A model generated the notes under the pieces. The model did not search any database and was not told where the DNA came from. It saw only the letters and a program-made list of their open reading frames with translations. Below are positions 24,401 through 35,750 of a DNA stretch of 64,000 bases, piece by piece. Location: positions 43,030,001 through 43,094,000 of the forward strand of contig OZ076413.1 in NCBI GenBank assembly GCA_964187785.1, written 5' to 3'. A program made the position numbers and the translations under genes. The DNA comes from Amphiscolops sp. MND2022. Taxonomy: Eukaryota. The first letter of the stretch is position 1. Each line of letters opens with the position of its first letter.

Positions 24401-26098
24401 ACCTATAATATGGTACTGTATATGGAAAGATAGATCGAACAAAGGTCCTATACGGCTGTGTTCATAGAATCTCAGCCACTTTATTCCTATAGTATGGTAC
24501 TGTATATTGAAAGATAGATCGAATATAATTCCTATACGGCTGTGTTCCTTGAATCTTAGCTACTTTAGTCCTATCGTATTGTACTGTATATGGAAAGATA
24601 AATCGAATATAATTCCTATACGGCTATGTTCATTGAATCTTAGCTACTTTAGTCCTATCGTATTGTACTGCATATGGAAGGATAGATCGAGCAAAGGTCC
24701 TTTACGGCTGTGTTCATAGAATCTCAGCCACTTCAGTCCTATTGTATGGTATTGTATTTTGAAAGATAGATCGAATACAATTCCTATACGGCTGTGTTCC
24801 TTGAATCTTAGCTACTTTAGTCCTATCGTATTGTACTGTATATGGAAAGATAAATCGAACATAAGTCCTATACGAAAATGTTCATCGAATCTTAGCTACT
24901 TTAGACTTATAGTATGGCACTCTATATTGAAAAACAGATCGGATATAAGTCCGATACGACCGTGTTCGTCGAATCTTAACTACTTTAGAAGTACATTATG
25001 GTAATGTATGTTGACAGATAGATCGAATATAGGTCCTATACGACCGTGTTCATCGAATCTTTTCTACTTTAGACCTATATTATGGAACTGTATTTTGAAA
25101 AATAGCTCAAACGAAGGTCCTATAGGGCTATGTTCAAAGAATCCCAGCTACTTTAGTCCTATTGTATGTGCTGTATTTTGAAAGATAGATCGAATATAAT
25201 TCCTATACGGCTGTGTTCATTGAATTTTAGCTACTTTAGTCCTATCGTATTGTACTGTATATGGAAAGATAGATCGAACAAAGGTCCTATACGGCTGTGT
25301 TCATAGAATCTCAGCCACTTCAGTCCTATAGTATGGTACTGTATATTGAAAGATAGATCGAATATAATTCCTATACGGCTGTGTTCCTTGAATCTTAGCT
25401 ACTTTAGTCCTATCGTATTGTACTGTATATGGAAAGATAAAACGAATATAAGTCCTATACGAAAATGTTCATCGAATCTTAGCTACTTTAGACTTATAGT
25501 ATGGAAATCTATATTGAAAAACAGATCGGATATAAGTCCGATACGACCGTGTTCGTCGAATCTTAACTACTTTAGAAGTACAGTATGGTAATGTATATTG
25601 AAAGATAGATCGAATATAGGTCCTATACGATCGTGTTCATCGAATCTTTTCTCCTTTAGACCTATATTATGGAACTGTATATTGAAAAATAGATCGAACA
25701 AAGGTCCTATAGGGCTATGATAAAAGAATCCCAGCTACTTTAGTCCTATTGTATGTGCTGTATTTTGAAAGATAGATCGAATATAATTCCTATACGGCTG
25801 TGTTCATTGAATCTTAGCTACTTTAGTCCTATCGTATTGTACTGTATATGGAAAGATAGATCGAACAAAGGTCCTATACGGCTGTGTTCATAGAATCTCA
25901 GCCACTTCAGTCCTATAGTATGGTACTGTATATTGAAAGATAGATCAAATATAATTCCTATACGGCTGTGTTCCTTGAATCTTAGCTACTTTAGTCCTAT
26001 CGTATTGTACTGTATATGGAAAGATAAATCGAAAATAAGTCCTATACGAAAATGTTCATCGAATCTTAGCTACTTTAGACTTATAGTATGGAACTCTA
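18497..26098 (+). repeat. 84-bp satellite array (~90 monomers) with a 587-bp 7-mer higher-order repeat
   Basis: Consensus ~GAATCTTAGCTACTTTAGACCTATAGTATGGTACTGTATATTGAAAGATAGATCGAATATAAGTCCTATACGACCGTGTTCATC. Variant blocks recur at 587-bp spacing (19981/20568; 23082/23669; 24759/25346/25933). Confidence 0.97.
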
Positions 26099-26770
26099 GG
26101 GGGACCCCCTGTCCAAATTTTTCCCGAGCAAAACCATTTGGCCTTCTTAACGAGGTTTAGGCGTTCTAGCATTTCCCGAGCAAAAGCTGTGGGACTTGGA
26201 AACTTTTCAGAATTTTTCAAAAACTTCATTTCAACTTCAGGGCTTCCAAAATCAGGAATCGTCAACACAACTAGGATTACAAGTGAGCGTATGAAGAAAA
26301 TCCACGAACTGGCGAAAAAATGCTGACCAGAACGTCTCTTTAACTGAACCTGGCGTCTACCTATGACCATGTTTGACGAATTATGAAAATCCCGATTTAT
26401 CACTACCGTTTTTCCGAAAAAATTTCCAATGTCAGTTGACTTCTGTGCCTCATGGCATCCTGCTACCCATCAGCCAAGTCGTCAGATAGAGCATACCAGT
26501 CAATAACATTTGCTAATTCTCCATCATCGCTAGAGCAAGAAGCTGATTGTTTAGGCCAGCATCGGGCGCAATTAGGTTAATATCAACGGTGAATATCAAA
26601 TGATCGATACACTGTGAATGAAACGGTACCAACTGAAATTTGCCGAGTCAGAGTTTGAAGCTTGTTTCAGTAGACTCGCGTAGCTCGAAGCACACGACGA
26701 GCAGCTGTTATTGAGGACATCTAAATTATCGAGGGAGTCTGTTTAAGTATCACTGTCAGAAGTGGGGACA

Positions 26771-26799
26771 CTGCTGCTGCTGCTGCTGCTGCTGCTGCT
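26771..26799 (+). repeat. (CTG)n microsatellite
   Basis: ~9-10 CTG units. Confidence 0.9.
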
Positions 26800-27297
26800 C
26801 ACTGATTCATCACAGTCACTCTATTCGTCTGAAGCAACATTGCCTAAAACCTAACATTCTCATCATACTTTAGTTTCTGAAATTTGGTTGTAAACCCAAG
26901 TTAAGTCTTCATCAGCTTGTTAATTGTGGAACGCTGACCGGCTTTGAAGCTGTTACCTTCAAATAGTTCTACAGGTTTTTATGAATAAAGTTCTTCAAAC
27001 AAAATCTCCGGTTAAATGAAACCCTATTCCAGGATAAACATACGACTAATAGCGAAATGATCAGTTTGATAGGAATAGTTTGATATACAATGCTGAGGTC
27101 AATCTTGCTGAGAGCCGTTTGATGGATAAGTCAACAACATTACAGCATTTTTAAAAACAAGCTTTGCTGGTGTTTGATCTGCAGACAATTTCCCCAAAGA
27201 GCTAGGATGGACCAAATCAAATTCTTGCAGAGAGGATCAAAATATTCTTTGTACCATAGACCTCGTTTGGTTTGGTTCCCAGAGTTGCCCTTTGGCT

Positions 27298-27420
27298 GGG
27301 CGGCGGCGAGTGGAAACTCGGATCGCGGCGGTCGGCAAGCGGAAACCCGGATCGCGGCGGTCGGAAACCCGGATCGCGACGGTCGGCGAGCGGAAACCCG
27401 GAGCGTGGCGGTCGGTGGCG
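27298..27420 (+). repeat. GC-rich ~29-bp minisatellite (4 units)
   Basis: GGAAACCCGGATCGCGGCGGTCGG-like cores at 27312, 27341, 27363 and 27392. Confidence 0.85.
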
Positions 27421-28904
27421 AAGTATAGCCGTTCAAATTTCAAAACTCTGTAGCAACCATAACATACCAACACATCTCAAAGCAGGTTGAGGCCTTCTTA
27501 CACCGATAATCGCGGCCTGGAATCCGGTAGCTGTACAATAAATGTGAAGTCTCGAAAAAAACTCAACTCCTCACCCAGAAACATTCGTGAAGGTCGCAAT
27601 TTTTTTCCGAATCGTTGCCTAGGGAGCTAGATGTCAATGAGAAGTCGCTTTCAATGAAGGGGCTGAGAAAACAATTAGTCCGTGGAGAATAGAATCACGC
27701 CCGAAGCTTTCACGTGGAGACTTCATTCATAAGGTGAACAACTTGTCTTCGATTGTCCTATCGAAAGAAAAGTAGTGTGACCCCAGTGGTTTGACCGCTC
27801 GATACATTTCAGACGAGTATGGTATCTAGCTAGAGGACTAATCACTCAGGCCACACTGCCTGCCGGCCTGCTCCCAAGTTATCGTCCCAATGTTCATGGA
27901 CTAACTTTCACACAATGACCACACGTTGTCAACGTTAAAAGGTCACATATTTTGTGGTTTTTGGTTTTGGTAGAAATCGAAAGAAGCCGTTTTGAAGTAA
28001 GAATTGGGAAAGTGGTTGTAAGTTACTTGTGATGTACCTTTTCGGAGTGCACGCTCAGAAAGATTTCTAAAACTGTTTAAAAATATTCAACACTGCCGAC
28101 CGTAACTAAAAATGCATCGTTTGCAAAGTTTTGGGAAACCGAATTTTGCATCAGAATTCACAAAATTCATTCCGCAGTTGCAAAGGAAAGTGATAGCAAG
28201 GAAGATCATCTATTTCATATTGCAGTGAAAGTCCACGCAATTATTCAGAAAAATATTGCTTGTCAGTTTTCTCCTTTGTCTTCTATCAAACATGCCAACA
28301 GCAGCAACACAACTTTTCAGCAGACCAGTCCAGCACTCCCAGCTTCCAATATCAACCGTATACTTACATCAGATTTGAACATTTTCGAGCACAGCACAGT
28401 TTTCTTGACAGCGGTGTTTCGCAATTGGGGCAGGTGGTTGTGGAAAATTATGTTGACCCTTGTGAAATTGTTACCCTTCGATCAATCATTCCAAGATCGA
28501 AACAATGTAATCTTTCCCGGTGGAGTCTGCAATCTGCATATTTGAGATTTTAGAATTCTTATGGAAAAATTTGAAAAATGGATACTCAGCTTTCGAAAGA
28601 AATCGAAAAACGATGGGAGTTGTAGAGAAAACATTTTCACCCTTTTAAAGTTCTTGGCATTCGAATTGCGATCTAAACAATTCAACCATTCCTGATGCAA
28701 TCTATGGATCAATCAATGGAATTTGACCCATTCTAATGATCAAAAGAGTTACGGATTCGAAACGTTATTGCGACAGTCAGGTTTTTCCATTAGAGTAGAG
28801 TTTAGCACTTGAAATCTTTCTTTCTAGAGCGAGCGAAAAAGCATTATTTCGCCCGTTGAACTTTCAATTTTTTGCAAAAAGACTGGAAGAGAAGTAAAAT
28901 TATG

Positions 28905-31900
28905 TCAGGTTTTATATCCGATTAATCTTTCAATCTACAGTACCTTACTAAAGGTCTAAAGTAGTTAAGAATGACTGAAAACGGTCGCACAGGACTTATA
29001 ATCGATCCATCTTTCAATATGCAGTTCCATACTATAGACCTAAAAGAGCTAAGATTCAATGAAAACAGTTGTATTGGACTTATTTTGATCTATCTTTCAA
29101 TTTATAGTATCATACTATTTCAAGTTCCTAATATTTAGTGAACACAGTCGTACAGGTTTTGTATTTGATCTATCTTTCAAAATACAGTACCATAATATAG
29201 GTGTAAAGTAGCTAAGATTCGATGAACAGGGTCGTATAGGACTGACAATCGATCCATCTTTCAAAATGCAGTTCCATATTATAGATCTAAAAGAGCTAAG
29301 ATTCAATGAACACATTTGTATAGGACCTTTTTCGATCTATCAATATTAGTACCATACTGTATGTCAAGTTGCTAAGATTCAGTGAAAACAGTCGGGTAGA
29401 TTTTATATTCGATCTATCTTTCAATATACAGTACCGTACTATAGGTCTAAAGTACCTAATATTCTGTGAACACAGTCGCATAGGTTTTCTGTTCGACCTA
29501 TCATTCAATATATAGTACCATACTATAGGTTTAAAGTACCTAAGTTTCGATGAACACGACCGCATAGGACTTATAATCGATATATTTTTCAATACACAGT
29601 ACCTTACTATAGGTCCGAAGTAGCTAAGATTCAATGAACACAGTCGAATATGACTTATTTTCCATCTCTTTCAATTCGCAGTACCAAACTATATGTCTAA
29701 AGAAGCTCAGATTGGATGAACAAGATCGTATTTGTTTTATATTCAATCTTTCAATATACAGTCCCATTCTATAGGTTTGAAGTACCTAATATTCTGTGAA
29801 CACAGTCTCATAGGTTTTATATTTGACCTATCATTAAATATACAGTACCATACTATAGGTCTAAAGTAGCTAAGTTTTGATGAACACGACCGCATAGGAC
29901 TTATAATCGATATATCGTTCAAAATACAGTACCATACTATAGGTCCGGAGTAGCTAACATTCAATGAACACAGTCGAATAGGACCTATTTTCCATCTCTT
30001 TCAAAATGCAGTACCAAACTACCGGTCTAAAGAAGCTAAGATTCAGTGAACACAGTTTTATAGGTTTTATATTCGACCTATATGTCATTATACAGCATCA
30101 TACTATAGGTCTTAAGTAGCTAAGATTTGATGAACACGGTCGTATAGGACTTATATTCGATCCATCTTTCAATATGCAGATCCATATTATGGATATAAAA
30201 AAGCTAAGATTCAATGAACACGGTCGTATAGGACTTATTTTCGATTTACCTTCCAATGTCCAGTACCATACTACAGGTCTAAAGTAGCTAAGATTCAAAG
30301 AACACGGTCGTATAGGACTCATTTTTGATTTATCTTTAAATATACAGTACCATACTATAGATCTAAAGTAGCTAAGATTCAAAGAACGCGGTCGTATAGG
30401 ACTTATTTTCGATTTATCTTTCAATGTCCAGAACAATACTACAGGTCTAAAGTAGTTAAGATTCAAAGAACACGGTCGTATAGGACTTATTTTCGATTTA
30501 TCTTTCATTATACAGTTCTATGCTATAGGTCTAAAGCTTTAAAGAACACGATCGTATAGGACTTATTTTCGGTTTATCGTTCAATGTCCAGTACAACACT
30601 ATAGGTCTAAAGTAGCTAAGATTCAAACAACACGGTCGTATAGGACTTATTTTCGATTTATCTTTCAATGTCCAGTACCACACTATAGGTCTAAAGTAGC
30701 TAAGATTCAAAGAACACGGTCGTATAGGACTTATTTTCGATCTATCTTTCAATGTCCAGTATCTTACTCTAGGTCTAAAGTAGCGAAGATTCAAAGAACA
30801 CGGTCGTATAGGACTTATTTTTGATTTATCTTTCAATATACAGTACCATTCTACAGGTCTAAAGTAGCTAAGATTCAAAGAATACGATCGTATAGGACTT
30901 ATTTTCGATGGATCTTTCAATGTCCAGTACCATACTATAGGTCTAAAGTAGCTAAGATTTCAAGAACGCGATCGTATAGGACTTATTTTCGATTTATCTT
31001 TCAATGTCCAGTACCATACTATAGGTCTAAAGTAGCTGAGATTCAAAGAACACGGTCGTATAGGACTTATTTTCGATTTATCTTTCAATATACAGTACCA
31101 TTCTATAGGTCTAAAGTAGCTAAGATTCAAAGAACACGATCGTATAGCACTTATTTTCGATGGATCTTTCAATGTCCAGTACCATACTATAGGTCTAAAG
31201 TAGCTAAGACTCAAAGAACACGGTCGTATAGGACTTATTATTGATTTATCTTTTATTGTCCAGTACCATGCTGTAGGTCTAAGAAGCTAAGATACAAAGA
31301 ACACGGTCGTACAGGACTTATTTTCGATTTATCTTTCAATATACAGTACCATTCTATAGGTTTAAAGTAGCTAAGATTCAAAGAACACGATCGTATAGGA
31401 CTTATTTTTGATTGATCTTTCAATGTCCAGTACCATATTATAGGTCTAAAAAATCTAAGATTCAAAGAACACGGTCGTATAGGACTTATTTTTGATCTAT
31501 CTTTCAATGTCCAGTACCATACTATAGGTCTGAAGTAGCTAAGATTCAAAGAACACGGTCGTATAGGACTTATTTTTGATTTATCTTTCAATATACATTA
31601 CCATACTATAGGTCTAAAGTAGCTAAGCTTTTAAGAACACGGTCGTATAGGACTTTTTTTCGATTTATCTTTCAATGTCCAGTACCATACTATAGCTCTA
31701 AATTAGCTAAGATTCAAAGAACACGGTCGTACAGGACTTATTTTCGATTTATCTTTTAATGTCCAGTACCATGCTGTAGGTCTAAGAAGCTAAGATTCAA
31801 AGAACACGGTCGTACAGGACTTATTTTCGATTTATCTTTCAATATACAGTACCATACTATAGGTCTAAAGTAGCTAAGATTTTAAGAACACGGTCGTAAT

Positions 31901-33953
31901 GGACTTTTTTTCGATTTATCTTTCAATGTCCAGTACCTTACTATAGGTCTAAAGTAGCTAAGATCCAAAGAACACGGTCGTACAGGACTTATTTTTGATT
32001 TATCTTTCAATGTCCAGTACCATATTATAGGTCTAAAGTAGCTAAGATTCAAAGAACACGGTCGTATAGGACTTATTTTTCGAATTATCTTTCAATTTTC
32101 AGTACCATAGTATGGATCTAAGTAGCTAAGATTCAAAGAACACGGTCGTACAGGGATTATTTTCGATTTATCTTTCAATATACAGTACCATACTATAGGT
32201 CTAAAGTAGCTAAGATTCTAAGAACACGGTCGTATAGGACTCATTTTCGATTTATCTTTCAATGTCCATTACCATACTATAGGTCTAAAGTAGCTAAGAT
32301 TCAAAGAACACGGTCGTATAGGACTTATTTTCGATTTATCTTTCAATGTCCAGTACCATACTGTAGGTCTAAGTAGCTAAGAGTCAAAGAACACGGTCGT
32401 ACAGGACTTATTTTCGATTTATCTTTTAATATACAGTACCATACTATAGGTCTTAAGTAGCTAAGATTCAAAGAACACGGTCGTACAGGACTTAATTTCG
32501 ATTTATCTTTCAATGTCCAGTTCCATACTATAGGTCTAAAGTAGCTAAGATTTAAAGAACACGGTCGCATATGACTCATTTTCGATTTATCTTTCAATGT
32601 CCAGTACCATACTATAGGTCTAAGTAGCTAAGAGTCAAAGAACATGGTCGTACAGGACTTATTTTCGATTTATCTTTTAATATACAGTACCATACTATAG
32701 ATCTTAAGTAGCTAAGATTCAAAGAACACGGTCGTACAGGACTTAATTTTGATTTATCTTTCAATGTCCAGTTCCATACTATAGGTCTAAAGTAGCTAAG
32801 ATTTAAAGAACACGGTCGCATATGACTCATTTTCGAATTATCTTTCAATGTCCAGTACCATACTATAGGTCTAAAGTAGCTAAAATTTAAAGAACACGGT
32901 CGTATAGGACTCATTTTCGATTTATCTTTCAATGTCCAGTACCATACTATAGGTCTAAAATAGCTAAGATTCAAAGAACACGGTCGTACAGGACTTAATT
33001 TCGATTTATCTTTCAATGTCCAGCACCATGCTATAGGTCTAAAGTAGCTAAGATTAAAAAAACACGGTCGTATAGGACTTATTTTTGATTTATCTTTCAA
33101 TGTCCAGTACTAAACTATAGGTATAAAGTAGCTAAGATTCAAAGAACACGGTCGTATAGGACTTATTTTCGAATTATCTTTAATTTTTCAGTACCATACT
33201 ATGGATCTAAGTAGCTAAGATTCAAAGAACACGGTCGTACAGGGATTATTTTTGATTTGTCTTTCAATATACAGTACCATTCTATAGGTCTAAAGTAGCT
33301 AAGATTCAAAGAACACGGTCGTATAGGACTTATTTTCGATTTATTTTTCAATATCCAGTACCATACTGTAGGTCTAAGTAGCTAAGAGTCAAAGAACACG
33401 GTCGTACAGGACTTATTTCCGATTTATCTTTTAATATACAATACCATACTATGGATCTAAGTAGCTAAGATTCAAAGAACACGGTCGTATAGGACTTATT
33501 TTCGATTTATCTTTCAATATCCAGTACCATACTGTAGGTCTAAGTAGCTAAGAGTCAAAGAACACGGTCGTACAGGACTTATTTCTGGTTTATTTTTTAA
33601 TATACAATACCATACTATAGGTCTAAAGTAGCTAAGATTCAAAGAACACGATCGTATAGGACTTATTTTCGATGGATCTTTCAATGTCCAGTACCATACT
33701 ATAGGTCTAAAGTAGCTACGCTTCAAAGAACGCGATCGTATAGGACTTATTTTCGATTTATCTTTTGATATACAATACCATACTATAGGTCTAAAGTAGC
33801 TAAGATTTAAAGAACACGGTCGCATAGGACTCATTTTTGATTTATCTTTCAATATCCATTACCATACTATAGGTCTAAAGTAGCTAAGATTTAAAGAACA
33901 CGGTCGTATAGGACTCATTTTCGATTTATCTTTCAATGTCCAGTACCATACTA
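28905..33953 (-). repeat. 84-bp satellite array (~60 monomers) in reverse orientation
   Basis: Plus strand reads ATACTATAGGTCTAAAGTAGCTAAGATTCAAAGAACACGGTCGTATAGGACTTATTTTCGATTTATCTTTCAAT, the reverse complement of the left monomer. Diverged at the inner end and homogeneous beyond ~30200. Confidence 0.97.
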
Positions 33954-34152
33954 GCTATGTTTCTCACATTCCAGTCATACAATTTTGACGCCATTGCGCA
34001 GGCAGGGGCCCCTTTCGGTGTAGAATGATTGTGCAAAATTTTATGAAAATCATATGGGCAGTTTTTGAGAAATTTGAAATTTTCATAAAAGGTCGGGAGA
34101 AAAAAACGATCCGATTGCATAAGTAGTCGAAAATTTTTCCGACTCCTAAAAA
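33954..34152 (-). repeat. Copy of the 280-470 dispersed repeat inside the foldback element
   Basis: GCATAAGTAGTCGAAAATTTTTCCGACTCCTAAAA matches the reverse complement of TTTTAGGAGTCGGAAAAATTTTTGACTACTTATGC (279-313). Confidence 0.8.
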
Positions 34153-34396
34153 TTTTCATATGGAATGAGACTATGATCGATGTTTTTTTCCATGGGATTT
34201 TACCCTGTTTTTCTAAGTTTCGGAATTCAAGAAAAAAAGGGTTTTCAGTATTCAATCAGAAATATCGTGTTTCCTTGAATTCTTAATCAATGTTACAATT
34301 CTATTCAATTTTGTTCTTTTGGCTACTTTCTATGATAACTTTCGTGAATTGTCAGGAAATGGCAAAATTAGTTGATAAGATCAATAAAAGTTGCAT

Positions 34397-34633
34397 CTCA
34401 GTTACCATTGTTGAAATGTATTGAATTCAGAATGCACCTTCATCATTAGTTTGCATTAGTAAACATTCATGACAATTGGCATACATTCCGCTCAGTATGG
34501 TTAAAATGAACTTTAACCTTTCTGACTTAGAATAATTTCGGTTGGGAGCCCTAAAAGTGAGATAGGTTTCTGACTTAGAATAATTTCGGTTGGGAGCCCA
34601 AAATACCAATAAACCCCCCCTGCTATTACTACT
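34397..34633 (-). repeat. Right TIR
   Basis: Its reverse complement aligns to 18125-18398 with substitutions and indels. Confidence 0.9.
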
Positions 34634-34639
34634 CATATA

Positions 34640-35750
34640 AACAACAATGGAATTCCTTTGTACAATTATTCAAAAAACAATTTTCATCTCAAAAAACAGC
34701 TTACTACGCCCAAGTAGAAGCTATATCACTCATGAAAAAAGATAATGAAACAGTACGCCACTTCGCCCTTAGAGTACAACAATTAGTTAAAAAGGGATGG
34801 TGTAATGAAAATGCAGCTACCATAACCCTCAAAAATAATGAAATCTTTACAAAAGGATTACCCAAGAAGTTAAAAGATTTTGCCCATAAACGACAAGTTA
34901 AACATGTATCAACATTACTTGAACCTTCAATACCATTTCACACACTTGTCAGACATGTCGATTCTGAAGACATTGCTAATGAAAAATTAGAACTAACGAC
35001 TTAGCTCTAGAAATAAACAAAGTATCGCTTGAAGATGATACTAGCAAAAAGGAATTTGAACATGAAGATCATATAATGGTTACTCAATCTGGAGACCCAA
35101 ATAACAAAAGCAAACCAGCTTATAGAAAATATTGTTCCTAATGTCACAAAAATAATCACAGTATCTCAAATTGTTATCAAAAACAACGTGATGATGAATA
35201 CCAAAGATACAATAACCAAAGATCAAGAACCCCTCAACAATCTTTTGTACAATATTTTCGCAGTAAACCTAATAATTCACAAGATCGAACTGACAATACA
35301 AATCCTTACTCTTCAGATAATGATCGTAACAAACATAATCAAAATAACTATAATGATGGATACCGAAATTATGATAGATATCGTAGCAATAGTAGAGAGT
35401 ATTCGCAAAACAACTACCAATCTAATTCTCGACAAAGATATTACAATCGATCTCGAAGCCCATATAGATCTCGATTTGATAATTACTACCAAAGAAGAAC
35501 TCCATCTAGATCTCCATATAGATCTCCATATAGAAATAACTCAAATTACAGGTATAACTCTCACTCAAGATACAGATCTCGTTCTCAATCACAAGGAAAC
35601 TCATTTAAACGATAGAATTATCCATATAGATCTCCATCAAGACCTAGAGATTTTAGATCACGATCTAGAACACCCTCACGAAACAGACCACAAAACAGAA
35701 TAAATCAAGTAGACGTTAAACCTACAAAAGACAACGATAGTACAAAATTT
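34640..35750 (+). pseudogene. gag: Gag 3' half: capsid C-terminal part, CCHC zinc knuckle, Arg/Ser/Tyr-rich tail
   Basis: QQWNSFVQLFKKQFSS...ETVRHFALRVQQLV, then a frameshift at ~34985. CS*CHKNNHSISNC at 35133-35174 is a C-X2-C-X4-H-X4-C knuckle. RSRSPYRSR..RSPYRSPYR..RSRSRTPSR follows in the same frame. Confidence 0.85.

Larger units (their letters stand above)
18125..34633. mobile_element. ~16.5-kb non-autonomous foldback DNA element with Polinton/Maverick-like termini carrying inverted satellite arrays
   Basis: AGTAGTAATAGCAGGGGGGG ... CCCCCCCTGCTATTACTACT, flanked by CATATA (18119-18124, 34634-34639). Removing it restores the gag frame HISYK|QQWNSFVQLFKKQF. No transposase recognised. Confidence 0.85.

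Noticed and set aside
26056..28712. Transposase or Polinton gene in the central core
   Set aside because: Only short ORFs are present, with no DDE, pPolB, ATPase or capsid motif that I can recognise.
15198..33852. Many ORFs with 28-aa repeats (NLSYFRPIVWYCILKDRSNISPIRPCSS), a period like C2H2 zinc fingers or RI-type LRRs
   Set aside because: They arise because the 84-bp monomer is a multiple of 3 with one stop-free frame. There is no C2H2 or LRR consensus, stops and 1-bp indels are frequent and propagate with the HOR, and many starts are TTG.
18497..33953. CRISPR-like regular array
   Set aside because: There are no unique spacers, the whole monomer is homologous between units, no cas genes are present, and the context is eukaryotic.
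35188..35703. 171-aa ORF (MMMNTKDTITKDQEPL...)
   Set aside because: It is a shadow frame of the RS-rich Gag tail. The frame with the CCHC knuckle and protease is the real one.
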